Shown here piece after piece: positions 36,387-45,074 of a stretch of DNA of 45,074 bases (positions are counted from its first letter, which is position 1; each line of letters opens with the position of its first letter). Made by a program: the position numbers and the translations under genes. The notes beneath the pieces were generated by a model. It worked only from the letters and a program-made list of their open reading frames with translations, was not told the DNA's origin and did not search any database. The stretch comes from a virus (Duplodnaviria; Caudoviricetes): positions 1 to 45,074 of the IMG/VR virus record IMGVR_UViG_3300044674_002114; one strand, given 5' to 3'.

Positions 36387-38743
36387 TGCCAGCATTTGTA
36401 AGCCAACATACCTCAGCCGAGATAGATGGCGCGATTAGCGCAATCATCGGGGATACCGCGTCCCCGAACGGGACCACCATTGTCACGTCTATTAGTGGCT
36501 CCGAGTATGTGGCGCTATGGGACGCTGGTACGCCAAAGACAATCACATACGCCAACTTTGTAGCGGACATCGCTCTGGAGTCTGGCTTGCTAGAGGGAGT
36601 AGATGATCGCGTCGCAGCGCTCCTTACAGAGGGAAACAACATAACCCTCACGTATGATGACGGCGCAAACACGCTAACTGTTTCTGTAGATGCTATCGAC
36701 GATACTGTCGTTGGCGGCGTTACTCCTGCTGCTGGTACGTTTACCACGCTCACAGGCGACACCGTTAACGCGGACATTCTACAATACGACACCGCGGCAG
36801 CGCTAGAGGTAGATGCTGCCGGAGAGGTTACGTGGGACGTTGATGCCGAGACGCTGATGCTTGGCCTTAATGCTGACACGCATATCCACATTGGTCAGGA
36901 TACTGTATACCACGTACTGAACCAGACCGGATCCGATATTGCCAAAGGCAAAACGGTGTATGCAACCGGCACTGTTGGGTCTAGCGGAAAGATTACTATT
37001 GCGCCATTTACTGCTGACGGCACGTACGACAGCAAGTACTTTATGGGCGTCACGTCGGACGCTATTGCCAATGGCGACACGGGGTTTGTAACCCACTTTG
37101 GCAAGGTCCGCAAGATCAACACCAACGCCTTCAACGAGGGCGACATCCTGTATGCCGACCCCTCTACGGCTGGCGGCCTGACGACAACGCGGCCTTCTGC
37201 TGGAAACAACATTATTACCGTTGCCATTGTTGTGACCAAGAGCGCAACAGTGGGCGAGATCTTTGTTCGCCCGACATTTGAGGGAACGCTGGAGAACAAG
37301 GAAGATGTCACCTTTACCTCTGTTGCCTCTGGCGAAGTCATCAAGTACGACGGATCCAAGTGGATCAACAATACGCTGTTTGAGGCTGGCATTCAGGAGT
37401 ACGACGCTGGGCTTACCTCTATCGCCGGTCTCCCCACGATTGCCGACAAGATGCTGTACACCACGGCAACGGACACGTGGGCCACAACTACAGTCACATC
37501 GTTTGCACGTACGATCCTTGACGACCCTGACGCTGCTACTGTTCGCGCCACGATTGACGTAGATCAGGCTGGCACAGACAACTCTACTGACGTTACGCTG
37601 TCAGGCAGCTACGACTACCTGACGCTTACCGGGCAGGACATTGCGCTAGGTCAGATTGACCTTACCACTGACGTTACGGGTGCGCTACCGGCGGCAAATA
37701 TCGGCAGCCACACGCACGATACCGCAGACGTTACGACTGGCACATTTGCTGATGCGCGTATCGCAGAAACAAACGTAACCCAGCATGAAGCAGCGCTGTC
37801 TATTGCTAGCAGCCAGATTAGCGACAAGGCGCTAGCAAACGGCGTGGCTAGCCTTGACGGATCCGGCAAGGTTCCGTCGGCACAGCTACCAGCTCTGGCT
37901 CTCACTGACGTTTTTGTAGTCGCCAGCCAGTCCGCACAGCTTGCCCTTACTGCTCAGGAGGGAGACCTCGTTATCCGTACGGACGAAAGCAAGACGTACG
38001 TGCATAACGGCGGCACGGCTGGCACAATGGCCGACTACACGGAGCTGCAGTTTCCTGATGCCGTAACGTCTGTCAATAGCCTTACCGGAACCGTTGTTCT
38101 CGACACGGATGACGTCAGCGAGGGCAGTACCAATCTGTACTACACCGACGTTCGCGCTGACGCTCGCATCTCTGCTGCTGTGCTAGACGACCTGTCCGAC
38201 GTAACGGAAACCAGCATCACCACGGGGGACGTTCTGCGGTGGAGTGGCACAGAGTGGGTGAACTACGCTGACAGCAACTACGCTGCCGCGTCGCATACGC
38301 ACACGTCATCCGATGTCACCGACTTTGCCGAGTCTGTTGACGACCAAGTTGCCACGCTTCTTGTTGGCGGTACTAACGTGTCTCTCTCATACGACGACGG
38401 CGCGGGTACGCTGACAATCAACTCGTCAGCCGCAGCTGGTCCCCTTAATGACGTGTCTGACGTTACGATCACGTCTGCTAGCACAGGGGATCTGCTTAGG
38501 TATAATGGCTCGGCTTGGGTAAATTATGCCGACAGCGCGTACGCAGCAGCATCACATACGCACACCGTATCAAACATTACAGATTTCGGAGAGGGCGTTG
38601 ACGATCAGGTTGCTACGCTGCTAACGGCTGGCACGAACATGACGCTCACTTATGACGACGGCGCGGGTACGCTGACGCTGGACGCAGCAGGCGGCGGCGG
38701 CGGCTTTAATCCAGTAGCAAACGCTCTTTTCGCAGGATACTAG
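36386..38743 (+). CDS. Tail fibre protein
   Basis: Mosaic of fibre motifs: IGG.TP.AG.FTTL-type (VGGVTPAAGTFTTL), ANGVASLDGSGKVP..QLP, VTSVNS.TG.VVL, LDDLSDV..GD.L.W/Y.G..W.N, three VDD.VA.LL..G.N..L.YDDGA.TLT repeats. Confidence 0.8.
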   Translation: MPAFVSQHTSAEIDGAISAIIGDTASPNGTTIVTSISGSEYVALWDAGTPKTITYANFVADIALESGLLEGVDDRVAALLTEGNNITLTYDDGANTLTVSVDAIDDTVVGGVTPAAGTFTTLTGDTVNADILQYDTAAALEVDAAGEVTWDVDAETLMLGLNADTHIHIGQDTVYHVLNQTGSDIAKGKTVYATGTVGSSGKITIAPFTADGTYDSKYFMGVTSDAIANGDTGFVTHFGKVRKINTNAFNEGDILYADPSTAGGLTTTRPSAGNNIITVAIVVTKSATVGEIFVRPTFEGTLENKEDVTFTSVASGEVIKYDGSKWINNTLFEAGIQEYDAGLTSIAGLPTIADKMLYTTATDTWATTTVTSFARTILDDPDAATVRATIDVDQAGTDNSTDVTLSGSYDYLTLTGQDIALGQIDLTTDVTGALPAANIGSHTHDTADVTTGTFADARIAETNVTQHEAALSIASSQISDKALANGVASLDGSGKVPSAQLPALALTDVFVVASQSAQLALTAQEGDLVIRTDESKTYVHNGGTAGTMADYTELQFPDAVTSVNSLTGTVVLDTDDVSEGSTNLYYTDVRADARISAAVLDDLSDVTETSITTGDVLRWSGTEWVNYADSNYAAASHTHTSSDVTDFAESVDDQVATLLVGGTNVSLSYDDGAGTLTINSSAAAGPLNDVSDVTITSASTGDLLRYNGSAWVNYADSAYAAASHTHTVSNITDFGEGVDDQVATLLTAGTNMTLTYDDGAGTLTLDAAGGGGGFNPVANALFAGY

Positions 38744-38744
38744 C

Positions 38745-41285
38745 ATGGCACAGGAGTTTACACGAGAAAAACTTAGCGTAGCAGACGCATTTGGCAACCC
38801 AGTATACATTGGGAGCACCAAAACCACTATTCATACTGTGCCAGCGAACTCACAGGATACAATTACTTTGTACCTGAAGTTCGGCCGCGTGTCGCGCTGT
38901 GAGGTTACGCTGTTTCGTAGCGATGGAACAAACGACTACGAGCTTCCAGAAAGGTATATGGGATCTAGTGGCTCCATTGTACCAGTAGAGATCAAGAATG
39001 TGCAAGCCGGAAACACAATCAAGGCTCAGCTTTCTGGTGGATCACCAAATACTGTTATCTATGTAACGTCTGGAGAGCGAACAAACGACCATGTTCAAAC
39101 GATTTCTCGCAATTCAACGTATGAGATTGCTATTTATGACAGCAAGTTTCAGACTGGTACTCCAAAGTATTTAACGGTAGATGATTTTAACTGGGGTACA
39201 TACACCGCTCCTACCGATTTTCGGTATCTAAGGGCCTTCAAGTATTTTCCTGACACTGGGCATCTTGCCATGTGCATTAGCACTAGCACTGGTGATGGCT
39301 GGTGGGTACATGACATTTATGAGAACAAAGTAGTTTTTTATAGCTCGTCATACCAGGATGGAACTTCGCAGTACGGCAATGTCTGGATAGGAGACAAGTA
39401 CGTTGCTGCTACTAACAACCCGATATATGTAATTGACTTTACTGATCGCGTAAACCCAACTATTACATCAACCAGCGTTAGTCAAGTTGGAAACTACTGC
39501 TACGGCATGGTCAAGGTGTCAAGCACTGTATTTGTTACGCTTTCAAGCGATGCTTCGTACCCAATTTCCACATGGATTCTAAATGCTGATAACACTGTAA
39601 CTTATGTTGCAACAGGCAGTAGCCCCCAGTATGCCTATCAGGTTTATGCAGCAGATACATTTGCTGATGGCAACTTCTACTTGGCTCACTTCTCCTATAC
39701 TACAAGTTACTACGGAGGCTTGAAGCAAATAGACACATCTACTGGGGCCATAACAAATATTAGCACATCAATATCAAGCCCATTTGATTCCAGATCCACC
39801 TACAAGGTTGTTGCCTGTCCAGAGCGTAATGAGTTTTGGATGTTTAGAGGCAACGCGAGCTACGACATTGGAAAGATCACAACCGCTGGAGTTATCACAA
39901 ACTACGCCAATACGCGAGATATTGTTGATAATGTTCAGCAAGGCCGCTGTTTTTATAATGCAGCAGATGATCTTATCTACGTGATGAACAACGACGATAA
40001 GTGGTATGGCTGGGATCCAGACACACAGGCATGGACAAGAGACTCATTAATTTTTACTGATAGCAGCTGGCAGGGGTATGACCCAAACTCATTGGGAACA
40101 TTGAATAATGGGACCAATGATATGCTTTTTGGTGCTAAAGGCACTTTGCTTGTTTGGAGAAACCTTGACACTAATGCTGAGGGCACAGTAGGCACATCTA
40201 CGTCTGGTGGGTGGGTTACAGAAAAGCACACGGGAAGCTCAAGGGCTTATGTTGCTGGTCAAAATGGCTATATAAGCGTAGTTGATATGACTGGAACACC
40301 AAGCTTAGAGCAGAGCTTTAATGCTGCTGCATACGGAAGTTTTTCAAATTACTGTTTTCAGCTTTACGTAGATGGTAATGTTTTGTATTACAGTGATTAT
40401 AACTCAAATATTTTCAAGGCAACAATCAACGCAACTAACGGGCAGCTCACCTATGACAGCAAGCCACTTACCGTTGGATCTACATCGTATAGGGAGCATA
40501 CGTGGGCAATAGATGAAACGCTTGGGTATCATCATATTTTTTATAGCAACCAAGGTATTCGGCGTTATGACCTTTCAACTGGAAACTTTGATGCTACGTA
40601 CAGTCTTGCTGATCTTGGAATAGAATCTGGGATTTCAGATTATAGTTCAGGCGGAACTTTTTTTGATGGCGACAGCACAACATCTGGTAATTTTACAGCG
40701 CAGTACGATAAGGCAAATAATTATGCTTACGTAGGCTTCCGTTATTATAACGGGTCTACATGGCAAACTGGAGTGATGAAACTTGACCTTTCTCAAATAG
40801 GCGTTTCAACATCCAGTACATTTGTCGGCTTTGCCTCTGTTGTTAATACTTCTTCCTATGGATACTTGTCTAGCCTAGAATCAGATGGATATATAATGTT
40901 TGGCCTTACAGATGGGCAATCTGGGATAGTCAACACAGCCACAATGACATCAGAATCAGTAACCCCATCTTATGCAACAGGTAGTGTAAGGGGCAGACAC
41001 TATTCTTCAATCGCAAGTGCTTTGTACTTTACAAATAGCAGTAATTATTTAGAGGGTCAAAAATACAATGCCCCAGCAGGAGAAATGCCAGTAGCAAGCG
41101 ATTTTCAGGTTTTGACCAGATCTGGTTATAACAGCAGCAGTGAGGCAATTATGGGCTCGCTTGGATCGCACACTCCTTCTGACGAAGACTATAGCGATTC
41201 AACAGCTGCCCAAAGGGCTGCGCTGGATATTGAAAAAGGCAATGGTGCTACTGGACACGTTAACCGCGTAACCACAACGGCATAA
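38745..41285 (+). CDS. Putative receptor-binding protein (beta-propeller-like), AT-rich
   Basis: Tyr/Ser/Thr/Gly rich with repeating strand patterns; visibly lower GC than its flanks; follows the fibre gene. Confidence 0.6.
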   Translation: MAQEFTREKLSVADAFGNPVYIGSTKTTIHTVPANSQDTITLYLKFGRVSRCEVTLFRSDGTNDYELPERYMGSSGSIVPVEIKNVQAGNTIKAQLSGGSPNTVIYVTSGERTNDHVQTISRNSTYEIAIYDSKFQTGTPKYLTVDDFNWGTYTAPTDFRYLRAFKYFPDTGHLAMCISTSTGDGWWVHDIYENKVVFYSSSYQDGTSQYGNVWIGDKYVAATNNPIYVIDFTDRVNPTITSTSVSQVGNYCYGMVKVSSTVFVTLSSDASYPISTWILNADNTVTYVATGSSPQYAYQVYAADTFADGNFYLAHFSYTTSYYGGLKQIDTSTGAITNISTSISSPFDSRSTYKVVACPERNEFWMFRGNASYDIGKITTAGVITNYANTRDIVDNVQQGRCFYNAADDLIYVMNNDDKWYGWDPDTQAWTRDSLIFTDSSWQGYDPNSLGTLNNGTNDMLFGAKGTLLVWRNLDTNAEGTVGTSTSGGWVTEKHTGSSRAYVAGQNGYISVVDMTGTPSLEQSFNAAAYGSFSNYCFQLYVDGNVLYYSDYNSNIFKATINATNGQLTYDSKPLTVGSTSYREHTWAIDETLGYHHIFYSNQGIRRYDLSTGNFDATYSLADLGIESGISDYSSGGTFFDGDSTTSGNFTAQYDKANNYAYVGFRYYNGSTWQTGVMKLDLSQIGVSTSSTFVGFASVVNTSSYGYLSSLESDGYIMFGLTDGQSGIVNTATMTSESVTPSYATGSVRGRHYSSIASALYFTNSSNYLEGQKYNAPAGEMPVASDFQVLTRSGYNSSSEAIMGSLGSHTPSDEDYSDSTAAQRAALDIEKGNGATGHVNRVTTTA

Positions 41286-41287
41286 CA

Positions 41288-41686
41288 ATGGCTACAAATA
41301 AATTCAAAGGCGCATACGGCGAAGAGATTATTGAGTGGACGGGTAATACTGGTTCAAGCACCTCTACAACGCATAGGAGCTCCATTTTTACATTTCGCCC
41401 GGGCACCCATATTCACTGGATCTGGGATGGACCAGACTCCATCTCTAGCTCAAGCACCCAGTTTGATCTTGAGTGGTCAATGGATGGTGAAACGTGGATT
41501 GGATCATATACACTCCAGTCGCACTCTACCGCCGTTAATAGCGATGGGGTCATTGATCCGCACTCAACATCCGGTGTTTCTAACGGCGTTTTTTATCGCA
41601 TGTCATATACGCTAAATGCTGCAGAGGGAACTTCGTACCCATTCAAGGCAATGCTGATTGTGCCTAACCCAAACTTTAACCAATAG
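41288..41686 (+). CDS. Hypothetical tail-associated protein
   Basis: LEWS.DG..W beta-sandwich motif; same AT-rich block. Confidence 0.55.
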   Translation: MATNKFKGAYGEEIIEWTGNTGSSTSTTHRSSIFTFRPGTHIHWIWDGPDSISSSSTQFDLEWSMDGETWIGSYTLQSHSTAVNSDGVIDPHSTSGVSNGVFYRMSYTLNAAEGTSYPFKAMLIVPNPNFNQ

Positions 41687-41694
41687 AGAGATCC

Positions 41695-42069
41695 ATGGCT
41701 ATTAAGTGGTCAGTAGAGTCCATGACGCGGGAGCAGTCCACTGGTGGTGTCGTCACCGTTGTGTGGAAGGCTGTCGACGAAGACAGCGCAATTCAAACGC
41801 CGATTGGCATTGACATGCCAGCAACCATTGGAGGTAAGTGTGACTTTGCCCCGGACCCGGCTGCATCTGGATTCATCCCGTTTGACGATCTACTGGAGTC
41901 GGACGTGCTGGCATGGGTATACGGCGAGGTGGACAAAGACGAGATGGAGCGCCAGCTTGCTGTCATGATCGAGATTGACCGCCGTAAGCGAGAGGTCTAT
42001 ATCGACGGAACCCCGTGGGACGCAGCCCCTGTCGATCCAGCAGACCCGGTAGATCCAGCGACTACGTAA
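41695..42069 (+). CDS. Putative tail fibre assembly/associated protein
   Basis: W....M.R...G.V..V.W, FIPFDDL.E..VL.WV, G.PW pattern that commonly follows fibre genes. Confidence 0.6.
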   Translation: MAIKWSVESMTREQSTGGVVTVVWKAVDEDSAIQTPIGIDMPATIGGKCDFAPDPAASGFIPFDDLLESDVLAWVYGEVDKDEMERQLAVMIEIDRRKREVYIDGTPWDAAPVDPADPVDPATT

Positions 42070-42206
42070 TGCCAATACGCAAAACAGCAAAGGGGTGGAT
42101 GTGGGGCAGCAAGGGCCCCTTTCCTACCAAGAAAAAAGCAGAGGAAGTAGCCAAGGCCGCCTACTCATCAGGATACAAACGAGCCAGCAGCAGCAAAAGG
42201 AAATGA
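42069..42206 (+). CDS. Small basic protein, 45 aa
   Basis: MPIRKTAKGWMWGSKGPFPTKKKA...; coupled at both ends. Confidence 0.75.
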   Translation: MPIRKTAKGWMWGSKGPFPTKKKAEEVAKAAYSSGYKRASSSKRK

Positions 42207-42565
42207 AAGTTCCATATATCCTCGTATTCAACGCACAGGGAGTGCTAGAGAAGATTTACAAGACGTCAACCGTCGGAAAGGTCAAGTACGCCATCAAGCG
42301 CAACATCAGGAAGATGAGCGAGTGCATCGAAGACATTCGAGAGTGGCTTCAGGCTGATGCGCAAGACAATGGTTGGGATATAAATGGAAGCCTGCCGACG
42401 AACGACCCCGGCTTCCGCGAGCGATTTGAGAAGTTCCTCAAGGAGGAAACATACGAGATGGATCCCCACCTTATTCCCGAGCGATACACAGAGACGTTTG
42501 ATGGTATCACCGGGGAGGAAGAATCTTTCATTGGGTGGCTCATTTCTCCTGATGACAACAACTAA
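42203..42565 (+). CDS. Hypothetical protein
   Basis: Start MKVPY at an ATGA overlap. Confidence 0.65.
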   Translation: MKVPYILVFNAQGVLEKIYKTSTVGKVKYAIKRNIRKMSECIEDIREWLQADAQDNGWDINGSLPTNDPGFRERFEKFLKEETYEMDPHLIPERYTETFDGITGEEESFIGWLISPDDNN

Positions 42566-42572
42566 CACGTTT

Positions 42573-42589
42573 GGTATATTGTGCTAGCA
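42573..42589 (+). promoter_or_regulatory. Putative late promoter/operator motif GGTATATTG-TGCTAGCA
   Basis: Intergenic; similar to the motifs at 4444 and 44318. Confidence 0.35.
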
Positions 42590-42592
42590 CCA

Positions 42593-42883
42593 ATGCCAAC
42601 AAGCGCAAAGATGATTGACGCTCTCGAACAAACAGCAGACACGGTAAAGGCGGGAAGAGCTATCCTGATTGGCATTGCCGGGCTTATCGCCATTGGCTTT
42701 GCCTTGTCTGGGTTTCAGAATCTACCCGAGCGGGTAACAGCCCTAGAGGCGGCAGACATCCGCATGCAGGAGAGCGTTGGTGCTATAGAGGACAAGATGG
42801 CCTCGCTGGAGAGAGAGATACGCATGATGACGTGTCTGCAGGTAGCGGAGATGGAAGACCAGCCCTACCAGCAATGCCTATAA
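42593..42883 (+). CDS. Single-TM coiled-coil protein (lysis accessory?)
   Basis: AILIGIAGLIAIGFALSGF hydrophobic helix then a coiled coil; start uncertain (42593 or 42611). Confidence 0.55.
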   Translation: MPTSAKMIDALEQTADTVKAGRAILIGIAGLIAIGFALSGFQNLPERVTALEAADIRMQESVGAIEDKMASLEREIRMMTCLQVAEMEDQPYQQCL

Positions 42884-42886
42884 GCC

Positions 42887-43171
42887 ATGCCTAGCGCCAG
42901 CAAAGTAAAGAGAACGCCAAGCGGCAAGCTGCAGTATGCAGGGGAGACCTTCTCTGGTTTCAATAAGCCCAAGCGCACGCCGGGGGCCAGCAAGAAGTTT
43001 GCAGTCCTAGCCAAGAAAGGAGATCAGGTCAAGCTGGTTCGCTTTGGTGATCCGAACATGACCATCAAGAAGAGCGACCCTGCTAGGCGCAAAAGCTTTC
43101 GCGCTAGACACCGCTGCCACACAGCCAAGGACAAGTTTACCGCACGGTACTGGTCCTGCAAGATGTGGTGA
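42887..43171 (+). CDS. Small basic protein, 94 aa
   Basis: GE.F.G.NKPKRTP..KK..VL..KLVRFGD..RRKSFRARH.C..ARYWSC..W, a type seen in aquatic phages. Confidence 0.8.
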   Translation: MPSASKVKRTPSGKLQYAGETFSGFNKPKRTPGASKKFAVLAKKGDQVKLVRFGDPNMTIKKSDPARRKSFRARHRCHTAKDKFTARYWSCKMW

Positions 43172-43172
43172 T

Positions 43173-43454
43173 ATGGACATCAAGAAAATCACTCCGTTGA
43201 AACCGGAACAGCTTCCGACCAACGGCATCAAGCCACCAACGACGCTGCCAACAGCGAATCAACAAATGGTAAAAACACTACTCAATCGCCTCAAAGAGGC
43301 ATCTACATGGGCCGGTCTTGCCATCATTGCCCAGTTCCTTCCAATCGGGGTAGAAGAGCTTCAGGTTGTATGGGAGGCCGTCACGGCGCTGGCTGCAGTA
43401 GCAGCTATGTTTATCCCAGAGGGTAAGCCCCAGACCGAAGACAACAACGGATAA
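43173..43454 (+). CDS. Putative holin
   Basis: RLKEASTWAGL followed by two short hydrophobic helices; upstream of the endolysin; alternative start at 43266. Confidence 0.6.
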   Translation: MDIKKITPLKPEQLPTNGIKPPTTLPTANQQMVKTLLNRLKEASTWAGLAIIAQFLPIGVEELQVVWEAVTALAAVAAMFIPEGKPQTEDNNG

Positions 43455-43460
43455 CCAAAT

Positions 43461-43499
43461 GCCCGGTCAGCCGCCTTGGTTGGCCGGGCGTTGTTTTAT
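43461..43499 (+). terminator. Intrinsic terminator
   Basis: gcccggtcagcc / ggttggccgggc stem followed by gttgtttt. Confidence 0.7.
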
Positions 43500-43513
43500 G
43501 CAGGTAAACGAAT

Positions 43514-43609
43514 ATGCCACAGGTAGGAAAAAAGAAATACGCATACACCAAGGCTGGAAAGGCTGCCGCTAAGAAGGCCATGGCCGCTAAAAAGAAAAAG
43601 AAAAAGTAA
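43514..43609 (+). CDS. 31-aa Lys/Ala-rich peptide (absent from the ORF track)
   Basis: MPQVGKKKYAYTKAGKAAAKKAMAAKKKKKK; TAATG overlap. Confidence 0.75.
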   Translation: MPQVGKKKYAYTKAGKAAAKKAMAAKKKKKK

Positions 43610-43764
43610 TGCCAGCAAAGAAGGGACTGTACGCCAACATCCACGCCAAGCGCAAGCGCATCAAGGCTGGCAGCGGGGAGAAGATGCGCAAGCCCGGTAG
43701 CAAGGGTGCGCCTACGGCTGCAGCATTTAAGAAGGCCAAGAAGACAGCCAAGAAGCGCAAATGA
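43609..43764 (+). CDS. 51-aa Lys-rich peptide (absent from the ORF track)
   Basis: MPAKKGLYANIHAKRKRIKAGSGEKMRKPGSKGAPTAAAFKKAKKTAKKRK; coupled at both ends. Confidence 0.8.
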   Translation: MPAKKGLYANIHAKRKRIKAGSGEKMRKPGSKGAPTAAAFKKAKKTAKKRK

Positions 43765-44303
43765 CCGACGCGGTATTCTCGTATGTTCTGGCTCATACGC
43801 TGGAGAGCGAGGGCCTGTTTAGTGACGACGCTGCCGACAGCGGCGGCGCAACCATGTATGGTATCACCAAGGCCGTTGCCGAGAAGAACGGATACCACGG
43901 CGACATGAGCCAGCTGCCTCTCGAAAAGGCCAAGGAGATATACTATAAAGAGTATTGGGTTAAGCCCAACTTCCACCGAGTAGCCGACCTAGACGAAGAA
44001 CTAGCCAAGGAGCTGTTTGACACAGGGGTCAATGTTGGGGCCGCGCTGGCGTCTAAGTGGCTACAAAGATCCCTGTCCGTCCTGAACAATCAGGGCAAGT
44101 ATTACGACGACCTCGTGCCAGACGGCCGTATTGGCCCCAAGACGCTCGAAGCGCTTTCGGCATACCTGCACCTCAGGTATGACTCGGTTGTCCTTGTGAA
44201 GGCAATAGACAGCCTTCAGGGGCATCACTACATAACACTAGCAGAGAAGCGAGAAAAGGACGAACGATTTGTGTATGGCTGGCTGAATAGGCGTGTGCGA
44301 TAG
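43761..44303 (+). CDS. Endolysin, glycoside hydrolase family 108 with a peptidoglycan-binding domain
   Basis: EG...D..D.GG.T.YGIT, IY..EYW, FDTGVN.G, LQ, DG.IGP.T, F..GWL.RR. Confidence 0.92.
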   Translation: MTDAVFSYVLAHTLESEGLFSDDAADSGGATMYGITKAVAEKNGYHGDMSQLPLEKAKEIYYKEYWVKPNFHRVADLDEELAKELFDTGVNVGAALASKWLQRSLSVLNNQGKYYDDLVPDGRIGPKTLEALSAYLHLRYDSVVLVKAIDSLQGHHYITLAEKREKDERFVYGWLNRRVR

Positions 44304-44317
44304 TTGGGTCTATATTT

Positions 44318-44334
44318 CGTAACTTATGCTAGCA
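44318..44334 (+). promoter_or_regulatory. Putative late promoter/operator motif CGTAACTTA-TGCTAGCA
   Basis: Intergenic, 16 nt before ATG 44351. Confidence 0.35.
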
Positions 44335-44350
44335 CGAAACCAGCTAGCCC

Positions 44351-45074
44351 ATGCCTAAGGAAAGAGTACACATTAAGCGCTTCGACGGCGTTATTGGCGT
44401 AACTGACGCCCACGACCTTCCTGAGGGCGCAGCGTATTACGCAGAGAACCTAGACATCGTAACGCAGGACGCCAGCTTTGTGGGCCTGCTCAACGACGAT
44501 AATTATACCGGCGATCATGCTGGCGGGGCAGAAGTGGAGCTGTTCGAGGACGGCAATACAGGGGTATCCTACAGCGCAACTAGTGGCGACCTCAAGATCA
44601 TTTCGTTTGACCACGCCAACAAGATTGTTACAGCTGAGCTGACCAGTAACCAAGCGAATGGCAAGACCCCCGCCATGGCTTCGTCCGGTCAGGCCATACA
44701 CGTCGGGATGGGCGGGACTAGCTCGTCAGACGATAAGCCGCTTTGGGCTGGCAAGGTGTACACTGGGCAAGCTGACATATCCGGTGGCAACTCTAACAAA
44801 AGCATAGCGTCCGGTGACTATCTGGTAGAAGATGCGACTATTACAAGCGATGCTTTTGGGTGGTGCATTAGTGATGCCGGGACAATAACTGACCGCGTAT
44901 TCATTGGCCTCCCGCCAGCAAGCGATACCACCAGCGATACCACTACGACTCTTGACTCGGTAAACTCTTACGACTCGACTAATGCCAACCTTAGAATAGG
45001 AAGGGCATACAGGTACTATGCCAGCGCTGTTTATGATGGAAGCCAAGAAGCGCCAGTTGCCCTCCTAATGGAGG
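44351..45074 (+). CDS. 5' part of the 786-aa tail protein that continues across the junction to 1778
   Basis: Open frame MPKERVHIKRFDGVIGVTDAHDLPEGAAYYAENLD... reaching ...VALLME in frame with ORF 135-1778. Confidence 0.85.
   Translation, partial: MPKERVHIKRFDGVIGVTDAHDLPEGAAYYAENLDIVTQDASFVGLLNDDNYTGDHAGGAEVELFEDGNTGVSYSATSGDLKIISFDHANKIVTAELTSNQANGKTPAMASSGQAIHVGMGGTSSSDDKPLWAGKVYTGQADISGGNSNKSIASGDYLVEDATITSDAFGWCISDAGTITDRVFIGLPPASDTTSDTTTTLDSVNSYDSTNANLRIGRAYRYYASAVYDGSQEAPVALLME
44934..45074. repeat. Terminal direct repeat, right copy
   Basis: Matches 1-141 with one mismatch. Confidence 0.95.

Noticed and set aside
38057-38070. gatg-CCGTAA-cgtc mini hairpin on the + strand
   Set aside because: Inside the fibre CDS, only 4 bp with a wobble pair; consistent with chance
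1-45074. Stop-codon reassignment suggested by frequent CTAG; tRNA genes
   Set aside because: Genes tile densely under the standard code with TAG used as a stop; no cloverleaf seen by eye

Overview
The window is an apparently complete, circularly permuted dsDNA tailed-phage genome of podovirus-like layout. It is 44,933 bp unique plus a 141-nt assembly overlap. A + strand late arm runs from 24403 through the contig junction to 13407 and carries terminase, P22-like portal, scaffold, major capsid, tail and fibre genes, holin-like and GH108 lysis genes, ejection proteins and a metallophosphoesterase. A - strand early arm (23577 to 13478) starts at a TTGACA-N18-TATTGT promoter and carries a MoxR-type AAA ATPase plus partner, many small ORFs, a ParB-like protein, an SSAP, a DnaA domain IV protein, VRR-NUC and Gp157. 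I recognise no DNA polymerase, helicase, primase, integrase or RNA polymerase. Four unexplained signals stand out. (1) A textbook type II hammerhead ribozyme lies in the early transcript (21438-21491, -). (2) Six intergenic hairpins share an invariant CCGUAA loop on covarying stems; one is stem III of that hammerhead and five sit just ahead of CA-rich leaders that lack a Shine-Dalgarno (SD) sequence. (3) An oriC-like DnaA-box cluster is paired with a phage DnaA DNA-binding domain. (4) The palindrome TGCTAGCA is strongly iterated (at least 15 copies). Product calls rest on motifs and synteny read by eye; no database search was run.
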